A stretch of 64,000 nucleotides of DNA from Hydrolagus colliei (Eukaryota), in NCBI GenBank assembly GCA_035084275.1, contig CM068749.1:17174001-17238000 (forward strand), in the 5' to 3' direction. A program made the position numbers and the translations under genes. The notes under the pieces are model-generated. The model made no database searches. It saw nothing but the letters and a program-made list of their open reading frames with translations, and was not told the origin of the DNA. Of the stretch, positions 13,881-26,807 are shown piece by piece. Position 1 is the first letter of the stretch; every line of letters begins with the position of its first letter.

Positions 13881-15479
13881 TAGCTCTTATTCTTAGGCGC
13901 TCAGCTACCAATCTCACCGCACTCTGTAATGCGCTTGACTCACATTTTATATTCAGAACTCAAAGCTGCACAAAGATGTACTTGCAAAAGCTGGTCAATC
14001 GTGACTTGGTGGATGGAAAGTCTAAGAATGAGATTCATTGCTTTGAAAATCACATTGGAGATGCTCAGAAAGGCAACAAAGACACGTTTGTGGGATTCAG
14101 AGCTAAAATGGAAACAGGAAACTTCCAAGGTGCTTCTAATGCTGCAACAATTTCTTCAAACAAGTGAAACAATTTTACGTTGAAGGACTTGCGACATGTG
14201 AAAAAAAAAGTTGCCTCTATAGAATGAAATACAAAGGGGTATTGCATTTCTTGGCCCATCAAAGCACTTGCAAAGTTAGTTCAGCCAACTTGCAGTTACT
14301 TTGGAATAGTTCATCGTTGATCAGCAAGATTATGTGAACAGGGAGTTTGTTGTTGACTCGTGCATCAACATCAGTCACCTGATGGGGTTTGATAAATTTG
14401 GAGTTTGGAGTATCCTGAGTGAAAGACCAATTGACTGTATACTCTTGGTTTCCATCACCGAGGGCAAAGGCTAAAGTGCATACTCATGCTTCATATCATT
14501 ACTGGTTCTGCAACTCTTCAGACAAATTACAATTGAGCAAATGCCCCCAAATCAAAGGGAAGATGGGCCCAAAGTACGTACTCAGAAAAATATTGTTTGA
14601 AATACCTTCTGTGGTTGATTTGCTGCCAACTTGAAATCATTAAAAAAAAGTTATAACCCTATGTCCCTGCCAAACATTTACGTAAAGAAGGCTACATACA
14701 AACAAATGATAGCTAGAGAGAAAATAAGCTTGCTGAGTAACAGACTATTTTAAACCCAAACAAATGGTTGTACTGTATCATCAGAGTTGCACTTCTTTAC
14801 ACATGTTTGGGGGTGATTAGTTTAACAGTGATAAAGTATATTTCCTGACTGACGAAGATTTAAAAAAAATTAATCAAGGCAATGATATTTTTAGAATCAT
14901 TTTCTTAAGCGTCAATTTGATTTAAAGAATCTTCTGTACTATTCACTAAAGAAAAAAAGCCACATTGTTTCAAAACGACGCAATTTGAACCAGTTTGGAG
15001 AATGGCCAAGGTGAACAAAGCCAAGCGTTCACTGAAAAATGGTTTATTTGCAGGTCAAATATCGCTGAAAATAACCCAAAATTGGCTGCAAAGCAGTGGA
15101 GCGTCATTCTCACAGAATCTGTGCAGCTAGGAGGCAGGATCCTATTTTAAAGAAATATAATTCTCAACAATTTTATATTTTTAATGTTGCCAGTTCCTCA
15201 AGAACAATATTACAAAATGATTTCACGTATGAAACAATCAATGTGTTTCAGCGTTTCAGACCGAGCTAGTCAACTATGAGCACCGTGTAAAATTTCCCTG
15301 CCAATTCCCTCTCTGGAAAAAATGAAACTCAACAGGTTTGAATAGCATCCTCTTGATAGGTATCCTGGTGTCCATCCACTCAGCTGACTAAAGATACAGC
15401 ACTGGACCTCTGGCTACAGTAATAGTCGACTTCAACTTGTAACAAGTTCAAATGAGGGGTTCGGGTAAAGAGAGTTCTT

Positions 15480-16700
15480 TTGGTCTATTGCATGACTTTC
15501 CAGAACGCTAATGCTATCATTTTCCAATTACTGCAACAATCCTCTTCTTAATCAAGTCTAGATGTGTAGTGAAGAGGCATTGAATCAAATATTTATTTCA
15601 GAAGACTTGAATTCAAATGAGTTCAATTGTTACTGCAGCTCATTGTTTTCCTGTGCACCTCTTTCAGGGCCTGGGTGACCCTATTACAGTATGTTGGAAT
15701 ACAGAATGGTAAAATACTGTCTGAGGATTTAGCAATGTTACTCAGGTTTCTATTTATTATATTTGTTGCTGCCTCACACTGTTTGGCAAAGATGAGGAAA
15801 ATGTCAACTAACAGTGCTCGGTCTGTTTTAAATTCCCCTTCGGCAAACTCAATCCCAGCTGTGGAGTACATATTCCTCCTATCTTTACTACCAAAATGCA
15901 ATACCTAGCATTTATCCATAAGGAACGTAATTTACCAGTGGTTAGCCCACATGTAAAACCTATCAATCTCTCTTTGTTAGATCTTTGTCGATTTCTTCCA
16001 TTCCAAGTACAGTAGCTTGGGGGCACTTGTACATTCATTTAATTACCATAGACATTTCCAACAGAGGAGGCAATTTAGCCCATTGAGGCTGTCTGTCCAT
16101 TTAGCTTGTATCCTTTCCACATACCTTATGACATGTTTTCTTTTCAGTTGTTTGTCTACATCCATCCTAAAAGCTAACATCCAAACAGCCATCGGTATAT
16201 AAAAAATCTCCCTTGCACAAACTCTTCAAATCCAAGTCAGTTTGTGTACAAGGAAAAAAAAACATCACAGCAGGAACACTTCACTCCACTGTGACCTAAC
16301 TCCATGTATATCCACACTAAAATGCCCTTCCTTTAAATGATGATTTATCCAATGTCCTAACCTTGAGACTCTTTCAAAGGAATCTGTTGCGTGATATTTT
16401 GTTAAAAGCCTTTTGGTAGTCTACGCATATCAGGTTGTGTGGTTTGCCACCATTAATTCAGGAGACCATTTGATAAGCAATTTATCGCAGCTGATATTAC
16501 ACCCATTGTGAGCAGTCTGCAGTATCTGAGAAATTCTCCCCAAATGACTGTCAAGTTGAACTTCTTTACGTAAAACACAAAAGAAATGTGTTTAACAGCA
16601 ACCAAGATCATCCTCGTGCTAGAATTAGCCATGCCAAGTGTCAATGGGTGGTTCTTCAACCAATAAGTCATTGTTCTTGGAAAGTGCTTATATAAGTATG
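15480..16700 (-). mobile_element. Degenerate CR1 LINE ORF2 fragments
   Basis: Minus ORF MHFGSKDRRNMY...DRALLVD...QALKEVHRKT resembles the CR1 RT C-terminal motifs MHFG..N/DLGV.V/ALE.VQRR; CR1-like tail at about 16046-16090; YxDxxKAF-like segment near 16400-16430. Confidence 0.7.
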
Positions 16701-16887
16701 AACTTCACTCAACTTTTACGTCATAGCAGGGGTACAAGGGTTACAGATTCTACTACTTCAATGTACAAGAAATTGTAGTGTAAAGATTGCAACAGTCTTT
16801 ACTGAACAGATTCCAATAGAATAGTCGGTGGAGTGAATACGGTGCATAGACTGTAAAATTGGCATTATATGCTGCCTTTGTACTTAC

Positions 16888-16941
16888 CCTTGGGCCTCTT
16901 CTTCCAGTGGGACCAGGTAGACCAGGTGGGCCTGGAGGTCC
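16888..16941 (-). CDS. col24a1: col24a1 exon 4 (54 nt; GPPGPPGLPGPTGRRGPR)
   Basis: Canonical 54-nt fibrillar collagen exon; acceptor tttttttctcccctacaag|, donor AGG|gtaagt. Confidence 0.96.
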
Positions 16942-17691
16942 CTTGTAGGGGAGAAAAAAAAATGAATTAGATAAAAGTTACCTACTGATAATAAACAAAG
17001 TCCCATTTTATAAAATTCAAATAAAGTATAAGGAGCTCAATGACAAACTTACAAACAAACAAGACCAGAAATTGAATGTACATTTCTCAAATGCATATCC
17101 ACAGATGTAACAAAACTTTTTTTGTGATACTTTATCGTGGGTGTAAACTTTCGTAAGGTGCAATCAATATCTGGGTGTAATTACGAAATCATAATCTAAT
17201 CAAAGGCACCATATATCGTGTGAGTGTTGAAGCTCAAATGGTTACAGTTGCAGACTGTTTTAATGTGATGTGAACTTTGTTCTGGTTTGAATCAGATATG
17301 TACTGGCAGTGGATTCTTGTCACTTTCTGCTTGGTCGTTGATATCCATTAACTTTCAGTACCACACATTCAGGCAGGCATCATAATCTGCGGTTGATCAC
17401 TGTGCAGTTATTTGGCCAATATATTTTATTAATCGATAAAACATGTTATTGAGCGTTTTAAAACGTGAAGTCATATCTCTCAATTGATACTGTTTCAGCA
17501 AAGCTATAAATAACTCTTTGTTATCGCTCTTTCTATGAAACATGGTGTTAATTTATGGTCATCTCTCCGTGTCATTAAACATTTGTACGTTTACTTAGTT
17601 ATGGTATTACAGCTTTATCAAGCCATTGTAAACCAATTCATGGCATCTACTTAAAATGGAGCCAAGTGTCATAAATTCCAGATAAGAATGC

Positions 17692-17773
17692 TGATTTCTA
17701 CATTTTGCCATGAGGAGTGGAACCAATTAAAACAGGCGGAAAAAATAAACCTCATGGCAAAATGTAGAAATCA
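17692..17773. repeat. Perfect 24-bp inverted repeat with 34-nt spacer
   Basis: tgatttctacattttgccatgagg (17692-17715) is the exact reverse complement of cctcatggcaaaatgtagaaatca (17750-17773). Confidence 0.97.
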
Positions 17774-19534
17774 AATTGACACACACGGACGCACTAATTT
17801 CAGTTTTGCTACCAACCATTTTGGAAGGTGGTAACCAATCAGGTAAAATGAAACATTCATAGCCACGATACTATCAGCATCTGAGCATGTGGCATCATAG
17901 CCCAACTGCAGAAGAAATGGGAACAAATGGCTCCCTTCAGTGCTACAATGTTCTATTTGTTATGTAACTTGTGGGATCACTTCAAATTTGGATGATAAAC
18001 TAACTGGATTTGACGCCCAGTGACTGCCCACAATATCATCATTGCCCACCCTGCCAGGAGAGATTTGTATCTAGTTCAAACAGCTGCTAAATTCATCAAA
18101 ACTGTTTCTCGATCTGTAGAAGCAGCAAACAGCCGAATCTCACTGTGGTGCATTAGCTGCAGATATCTGTGTCTCTTCCATCAACTTTATGTGACATTTA
18201 ACCCTCGAGGACTCTTTGAAAGGTCTTGAAAGCAAATCGGAGGCGAAAGAAAAATTATAAACAAAAAAAGAAAATAACCATGTAATGTTTCCAATACGTC
18301 TCTGGTAACCTATGGATCCCGGAAATGACATAAAAACAAACTTACGAGCACAAAAACATTTATCCCATTGTATTTATGTCACAATTCAAACTTGTTTTGA
18401 AGCGCTATATATACATATTATATATATTTATATACACACACACATGCATACAACTTCAACCTTGATACTGTATATCAAGGATCCATGGGTTAAGAGACTA
18501 GAAACTGCTTTGGCAAAATATTAAAGACTGAGAGTACACAAACAAGCAGGAACTCAAGTCCAAAGTTTCGATGAGATTCTAAATCGCTGAACTAAAAATA
18601 CCAACATTTTAAAATTAACTCGGAGCCCGAATTTGACAACTGTTTAACAGAAATCCATGAGAAAACACTGCCTTCCTCTGTGTGGGTCATTTTCAAAGTA
18701 ATCGGAATGACTGTATGTAGCATGCCTAGCAATATAATGCCCCATTAACCTCCCAGCTTAGCCATCTATGGCAGCCCAGTCTTCAGCAGCAATGCTGCAA
18801 AGTAAACAAGACAGCCCTTCCTAAAGAGGCATTTTTTTTACTGCTGTTTCTGAAGTAGCAAAGTGATAAATATAATCGTGGCTGACTAAATAATCACCAG
18901 TTATACCTTCTTGCTACCTGTGGGTTTGGGAAGCTCCTACAAAATAGCAATGTGGTACATTTTACAGCAGCTGGCTTGTATAAACCCTCCTCAGCTATAT
19001 GAAGGCCCAGCACCAGAAATAAGTTGTGAATTAAGCCTTTGAAACAACACAGCGTGCAGAAGCTTGTGCATGCAGTTATTTCCTTGCAGCTCTGGAGCCA
19101 CGGAATTTGCCTACAATAATAGATGAGGTAGATTACTCAACAACACTGGGGGAAAACCAAAGACTATATTATTGTGTATGAAGTAGCCTTGAATTTGCTC
19201 GTATTGCGCAAGTGCGCCAATCATTTTTCATTTCAGGAACACTAACTGCAGGGCTCACATGTGACAAAGTGTTTACGTGGGATGAAACTACGATAAGTAT
19301 TCCATGATTCTTTCTTGCAGTATTTACTTTTTTTTTTAATTGTGTTTTGCACACCAAAATTAAGCTACATTCCTTGGTGAAGTTACAAAATAGTCCCAAT
19401 GCACATTTTTGTGCTTAATCCAGCTCTCTACTATCCTTTGCACAATCACATAATTGAAATGTAATTGAACATTCATCCTGTCCAAATTTAACTGTAATTT
19501 TCCCATTGTTCAAACAGTCAACCAGCTTCCAAGT

Positions 19535-19880
19535 TAATAATAATAATAATCCTTGCATTTGATATAGTGCTTTCCACATCTTATCAACGTCCCAAAGCGC
19601 TTCACAGAATATACTGTAAGGTGAATTGACTGTATATATTTGTGGGCGAATCGCAGCAGCCAATTGCGCACAGCAGTGTCCCACACACAGTCGTGGATTG
19701 AAATGACCAATTTTATTATTGTGTTTTTTTTTTGGAGGGATTATTATTAGGCATGTGGAGTAAGGAAACTTGCCCAAGATTTCGCCCTGACCTGCCTGGA
19801 TTCGAACACAGATCTCCCCAGCTTGGTCTCCCCAGCTTGCAAGACAACTGCTCTAACCACTGAGCCACAGGATCTCCACA
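19535..19880 (-). mobile_element. Full-length young tRNA-derived DeuSINE
   Basis: Minus strand: gtggctcagtggttagagc (A box), gttcgaatcc (B box), Deu 3' segment tgtgggacactgctgtgcgcaattggctgc, L2-like tail and (TTA)n; small tandem duplication in the head. Confidence 0.93.
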
Positions 19881-21527
19881 AGTTGTCCCTGCTGCAGGTA
19901 AAACTATGCAATCAGGAATCCAACTATTCTATGGAACTGTGGATCTGAAAATGCTACTGTTCTGTGAAAGAGTGAAGTGCTGCGTCGCACTCGTGCATTT
20001 TGTTAAGATTCCACTGTGCACTTCCATCTTGATGTAAACGCGCACAGATTCTGCCAAGACCTATAAACGTCTCAGGGAAATGAGTGCTGAAATGCACAAT
20101 AATTATTTTCCCTGTAAATCAGTCCCAGCATGGTGTGCAATAAAGAGAGTCAGAAAATAATTCAGAAAATAATGGCTGTTATTTTAAAATAATGGCTCTC
20201 AGTTCATTCTGAATATTACTTTACACTTTTAACACAGTCAGAGATGAGTAACTGTTGATGTGCAAGATCACTAAACCGGTTACAGTATCCGGCACCAGAC
20301 AGCAGCCAAACAGCAGTGCCAAAAAAATATTTTCAGATAACAGTTGGATTAGAACCAACACCTTATAAAAGATATGTATCAGTTGATTGCAATTGTATTA
20401 CTCCAATTATCAAATGTTGATATTTTCTATGATCATACTTCACATGTGATGACTTCTGCTTTGATTATGCAATTGTATGACATTCTTCAAAAATGTCACA
20501 AACACACTCTACTTGCATAAACCAATTCTCGAACAGATTCTCGGGCCAAAAAGATTCACTCAATACTATTTACGAAGTGAAGCAGGGACATCGCAGAGTT
20601 ACATTTTGTGTTCCAAACACAATTTATGTTTGTTTCAGCAAGCATTTGATTTATTCCCCACCTCACTTGGGGCAGGGATCCATCCCACTCAGCTGCTGTT
20701 AACCTTGAAAGCCAAAGCCCTAAGTGGATAGGGTGGTCCCACCTGGACAAGCAATGGGAAACTTGCCAAAAGTTGCCTTCAATGTTGAGCAAAGCGGATT
20801 TGTGTCAAAACAGCCACTGACAAAAAAAATCCCCAATCGAGACCCTGAATAGACATCTCAACCTCTTATGTAAAACTATATTCTAGGACAGCGGTTCTTC
20901 TCAGTTGTTCCAGGCAAATAATAGGGAGAGAACTTAATGATTTAATCAAAGACTGAAGAGACAGAAGCAGAATAAACTGAAAAAAAAATCGAGCAATTTA
21001 CACTCACATTTCAATTAAAACACTCCAAGTAAATAAATGAAATGTATTGTTTCAATCCCAGTGGTTCAGATATTACCTAACAAAATTAACTGGCACGGTT
21101 TTGTTCCAAGTGAGCAGCAATGACATTTACAACCACATACTGTTAAGACATCTGGCTTGTCTGCCATACTCCTCCTTGAACAAACTTAAATATCAGTATC
21201 CAAAGGCAGAAACACTTTGAACGCTTTGGCAGAAGACAGAAATCCACTTCCAGTAAAAGCACTGTAGAATTTACAGAAACTTTCATCCTTTTTATATTGC
21301 TGTCGATAGCTCTTATGTTCCTGCTATGCATATCTTTTGGCATTTTAAAAATTGGCTTAAATAATATGAATTAATTCCAATTCTAATGTTTCACTAGCAA
21401 GTAGCACAAGATGCAGTGTGAAGGTTTGCCAAAACTAACTAAATTTGTGTGTACTCCTGTTGAATGCTTCCTTGCTGTAGTAGCTTAACACATGCATTTT
21501 TAAGTCATTTATATTTAAAAGACTTAC

Positions 21528-22942
21528 TTCTGGTCCCGGCTCCCCTTTCGACCCTTTCAAACCTTCGTAATCATAAAGGTCATCATATTCATAGTCATAG
21601 CTTTCAATATCGATGTCGTAAGGCTTTTCCATGGTGTGTTCTGTATACTCATTAGAGTGAATGTTTTCATCCCATAAATCAAATTGATTATTTGATGAGC
21701 TTCCCTGCGACAACCTATACAAGGTGGCATTTATCATCTGTATTTCCACGAACTCATCTGCTTTTTGTTCGATAACTCCGGACCGGTTTGTTTTGTTGAG
21801 ACTTTCTGTTATCTTACTTTGTTTCACAGGCAAAGTTAGAGGAGGTAACTCTCTAACCGCTGACAGCAATGTGCCTCCTCTGTCGCCTTCGGTAGCATTG
21901 TCGGATTGATTTTCATTTGTTTTCTGCTCTACGAATGATTCCTCTGCATTCCCAGGATTAAAGCTGACGTATGTCTGCCCAGTCACAGCCTCCACAACCT
22001 GAGTTTCAATGTCAGTGTTCAAGGTCTGATGTAACTGCATGGGATCAGCGATGTTAGGATTTGGCGACGTTGTAGTCACAGCCGATGTAAAAGAAACACT
22101 TGGTTCGGGAGAGCTTCTAACTGCATTTGGCTCTGTGCTGCTTGTCAATGATTGATTTAAATACATGGTAGCACCCTGAACCCTTTGCTGTTCTTCATAA
22201 AGTGAGATTAATGATGAGCTGGTTGGTTGTGTTACTTCACTGAATGGAGAGGACATTAACTGAGATCTGGTGTCTTTATAAGAAGGTGGCGGAGTAGTTA
22301 ATGAAGGTGGCTGAGATCGATACGTGTCCGCCCGACGACATTGTTTCTTCACATAATTACAATAGTTTGTAGAAGCTTGAGCGTTAGGATAAATATCTAG
22401 CTGGCAAATGACACCTTCGAAAGGAGCTGATTTGAAGTTCATTCTTCCTAAAACGAGTTTGCTATTTGAAACAAATTTCTGTGGCTTTTGAAGGAGCTCT
22501 TTACTGAAATGTTTTTTACCGCAGTCAGCAAAAAAGGAAGCAGTTTTTCCTTTAATTTCAATGGCAAATGAATGCCACTGTCCATCGTGAGCATTGTAAT
22601 CAAAATATACAGATGGCTTTTCTGCAACATATACGACTAACTTTCTTGGTAAAATCTGTACACCAAACTGTAGTCTGTTTTTATTCCTAATACTAAAAAG
22701 AAAGGCATTATTAACTCTATGAGAGCGGAGGCTAGCTATTATTGTGAATTCACTTCCAATATCTAGTGGTATGACGATTGCTGCTTCTGTCTCAATGTGG
22801 GCTTCGCTTGACAGCATGATGCCCGACTCTGTCAGCCGGACCCCCTGAGGTAATGAAAGTGATGGCCATGTTTGCGTAGGTGATGAGGATGGGTTCTGTC
22901 CTTTGTTTTCTGTGAAACCAAGTTTCTGGAGAATGTCTATAC
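21528..22942 (-). CDS. col24a1: col24a1 exon 3 (1415 nt; TSPN/laminin-G-like N-propeptide, Ser/Thr/Pro-rich variable region, acidic Tyr cluster, start of Gly-X-Y)
   Basis: Overlaps the 460-aa ORF 21435..22817. Acceptor tttttttgttccag|GT, donor GAA|gtaagt. TSPN motifs DGQWHSFAI, ADCG, FEGVICQLDI and YCNYVKKQC; ends GLKGSKGEPGPE. Confidence 0.97.
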
Positions 22943-23825
22943 CTGGAACAAAAAAAGAAAATCAGGTAATGATTTTATTTGCAGTTTTATTGCACTGTAC
23001 TCTGAGTGAAATGGATTAAATCAAGGAAAATTGTACGATGTCAAACTTTGAAGTCTGCAAAATGCTTCCACTTGTCTAAAATCATAGGTTTGCTACAGGC
23101 TTAAATTTTCCTGCGACTGTTAATTGTGTAATGTACCATGCACACAGCCAGTTATTCAACTGAAGAAGTGGAGGAACTAAGGCAGATTAGCCAGATTGGA
23201 ATGCAGACACCTGTAAAACCTCAGGTGAAATGAGTCTTTCAGAGAAAAGGGAACGCTGAGCGTTTTATAAGGTGTTTATTTTGTGTGAATGAATTGGCTA
23301 TTAGATTCACTGGGCTGAATTTTACTTCCATTCAGATCAATTTCATTAAGATAAGGTAAAAATAGTGTAATACATCCGATATATATCACTTTTTAAAATT
23401 AGTTTTGAAACATCTTGTAAAATGCATGCCTCCTTAACTCTTTCCCAGACGCACTTTACCACATACAGTAATCACAAACAGAATTATTAATAGTTAGCGT
23501 AGAGGAGTCTGGAAAATTGGCTGGACCATTGATGATCCCCTGATGTGTGTGAGACATTGTCCAGACTAAACATCAGTAACAGTAGAGGTGGTCAGCTCTA
23601 TAAAGCTATTATGCATCCAGCACAGCAACCCCCACTTAATTCATTACGTATATTAATTTCATGTTTCCCACGGGGCAAACCTAAAGACTTCCTGTATGTG
23701 ATTTCTCTCTCTCATTTTACTGGTTGGCCATTGTAATTACAGTACATGCAAGAGCAAGATTGTCTATTTTGAAGCTGGTTTAACTATCAATTATTCCAAT
23801 AGAGAAGGCATTCCAAAGAGCACGC

Positions 23826-23952
23826 CAACTTCCGACCGTTTCATCCAGAAAATATACGATCAATTCACTTTACAGTATATTGTGTGAAGGCACTTTGAGA
23901 CGTCTCGAAGAGATGATAAGATGCTGTATCAAGTGCGAGGATTATTTTTATT
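23826..23952 (+). mobile_element. DeuSINE 3' tail fragment
   Basis: caattcactttacagtatattgtgtgaaggcactttgagacgtc... Confidence 0.85.
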
Positions 23953-24693
23953 CAATATTGCTAACCTTAATGCCTAAACTTAGAGTGTTAGGATACAAGA
24001 ACAAATGGAAGCAGATTAAGGTTCTTGTTTTCAATTACAGAAGTCAGATTTAATGTCAACTTTGAATCTTTCAGACCGGTTAAAAAAAACTTTAAATGTA
24101 TTCTTTCCCACAAGAAGAAACAACAGTGTCTTTCAAGAGCTGATGTAGTTCACCTGCAAACTTTTTTGCAAGTCTATCTACAGGTACATCGGGGTTAAAA
24201 TCAGAATTTAGTGACAATGTTTATGCCCCAGGGCACCAAACTGTCAGGAATTAAAGATTTGCATACATCATAAGTGAATTTGACTCCACTTGTTGTAACA
24301 GAAAACACTTGAACAGCTCTGTATTTCTTTGCCTTCCATTCCACATTCTTCTCTCAAAGTTGTTCAGCAATATTGAAGTACAGTACAATACATTGAGAAT
24401 TATTAACTGTTACATAAAGCATTATTTAGTGTCATATAAATGAGACTAGTTCCATTGTAAAAAATATATATATTTCTGATAAAAGTTCTATGCAAGTCCA
24501 CTACTCACAGAGCACAGGAACAGAAAGGGTCTGTAGATTTAAAAATATTTCTGAAGCCATCAATGTGATTGCTACTAAACATGTGTTGGCAGAAAGCCAG
24601 GATCAATATAATAGACAAAGCGATGAAGCAAGTCAACCTAGAATCTTACATAGGAATGTCTAAGGCCAGAAAATAACATTGTGTTCCATCTGA

Positions 24694-24826
24694 CAACTCC
24701 CAACCGTTTTGTCCACAAAATGTACAGGCAATTCACTTTACAGTACATTCTGTGAAGCACTTTGAGACATCTCGAAGAGGTGATTAGGCACTGGATCAAA
24801 TGGAAGGATTTTTTTTTAGTATTATT
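24694..24826 (+). mobile_element. DeuSINE 3' tail fragment (paralogous to the 23826 copy, including its flank)
   Basis: Same 5' breakpoint and shared downstream taaccttaatgcctaaacttag. Confidence 0.85.
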
Positions 24827-26339
24827 AACCTTAATGCCTAAACTTAGGGTGTTGGGTTGATGTGCCTAGAATTTATCACCTACAGCTTTCCACTAGGGTT
24901 AGAACACATTCCACGCTGGTTGTAAAATATTTTAAATAAACCATGTAGGTTTTTTTTAAATACTGACAATTTATGGTGTACAGTAATTGTATTCTCTTAG
25001 AGTAGCTTGACTTATACTGGATATTTTTTTTAAACACAATCATATTAAAATACACTTTGATTTCATTAACACAGCTTTTGATTAACCTCAGCGGTTCAAA
25101 TTGAGAATACGTAACTAAATACACAGAATACGGCTCTGTACTGGACACTTTAGAAGAACATTGGAATAACAGTTGTCAAATGTGAAGTTCGGCAGACTAG
25201 TGTTAACTGCAGTGTCCTATGATTCTAAAATTCTATTGTTATTCCAGTAACAGGTAGAATCCGTTACTGTTGGAAATTGTGTCCTTTCACCATCAGTTTC
25301 TACCTTTTCATTTTTTTTGTTTCTATTGGCCAGCCAGGTGTCTGACACGTGTGAAAACCCATCACCATATTTAGAAACTAGATGGAGAGTACCACATATC
25401 TGTGTCAACTATGCATGGAAATTTCCCAGTGTCTGCAATACATCTCTCTCTGGGGGATTGCATTTTATCTACCTAATTCCAAAAATGATTAGATGCAGGC
25501 TGGCGAGAGCCAAGACTTGGGGACCCTGGGGTGTGAGTGGTGATATTGCTGGAGTTTAGTAGCTCAATCATCTAACACTGCTGTTTTCCATCGCTCAAAT
25601 GGGAACGGGAATGACTGACAACAACACTTCTTCCTTTCCTTACTGCCAGACTTGTTGCAAGGGATGGTCACCACAACACTAGAATATAGCCAGGCATTTA
25701 ATTGAATATCTTAGTCAAGAATTATTTGCAGCTAGTTCAGTGTGGTAGGTAGGTGAATGTATTACAGGCAGAAACATGTCCAGGCAGCAATGACCTGTCA
25801 GGAGGCTTATCCAGGTGATTGTGCCTTAGGAAGGAAACAGAAATGTGATCCTAAAATACTGATCTCAACAGTCTGGCCTTGAGTAGGATTTGATATGACT
25901 GGCCTCAAGTAAATTACATTACATTATAGTTAATACCAATGATTTTCTTGAGAGACTTCTTGATTTTACGTGTAATATCAGAGTGATTCTTAAATGGAAT
26001 CTATCACAACAATAATACTCCACACTCAACAGTTTGAATACTTAGAGTGACGTTGCAAAAGGTGAATCAAACCAACACAGTATTAGGATTGATATAGAAT
26101 AAACTACAATCACTGGAGGTACCTCCCTCTGCCATACTCGACTTGTTTCCAAAACTCTTTCACTTTTTTCAGTAAGAGTTCTCAACAATGAACATTCATT
26201 TGTAGACAGTGGAGTTGCAAAAAAAGTCATGATACCATTGCATCATTACACCAACAATCCCAGTAACCTTGCAGTCAGATAGGAAAAAACTGGCCAGCAG
26301 GCAATTACAATCCCTGTAGCTTTAGAATTCATGGCAACA

Positions 26340-26807
26340 ATAATAATCCTTGCATTTTGATATAGTGCCTCTGCCTCAACATGTTTTTGAGACGCCTCAA
26401 AGCACTTCACAGAATAAACTGTAAAGTTAATTGACTGTCTATTTTCTGGGTGAAACACAGTAGCCGGTTGCACACAGCAGTGTCCCACAAGCAGTCGTGG
26501 TTTGAATGACCAAATTATTTTTAAACATTTTGGAAGAATTATTATCGCTAGAAAAGCAATCTGCCAATCAACTAACAACCGAGTTCCTACTTACTGCTAG
26601 GTAAACAGAGGTGTATAGAGTAAGGAAACTTGCCCATTGTTTTGCCCTGCTAGGAATCAAACCTTGATCTCTTCCATGCGAGAAATCCTGACCCCTGATT
26701 GTTCAGCACCTTGGGACGTCCTCCCAACATGAAATGCACTCTACAAATATAATTCTGTTGTTGTTGCGAGACGAGTGCTCTAACCTCTGAGCTAGAGGAC
26801 TCCACAA
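26340..26807 (-). mobile_element. Full-length DeuSINE split by two inserts
   Basis: Tail and body 26340-26545, middle 26610-26672, head 26765-26807. The insert at about 26700-26765 is a plus-strand (TTG)n-tailed element. Confidence 0.85.

Noticed and set aside
16942-16944. AAG acceptor at exon 4
   Set aside because: Uncommon but well-known acceptor type, with a strong polypyrimidine tract and a perfect 54-nt exon; not anomalous.
19415-19777. Recurrent ORFs containing 'GHCCAQL', '[11 protein letters not shown]' or '[10 protein letters not shown]'
   Set aside because: Translations of the SINE body and (TTA)n tail, not a protein family.
21435-21527. C-terminal 30 aa of the 460-aa ORF (VSLLNINDLKMHV...KFS)
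   Set aside because: Read-through past the GAA|gtaagt donor into intron 3; no close poly(A) signal supports a truncated isoform. The ORF's Met at 22817 is also internal to exon 3.
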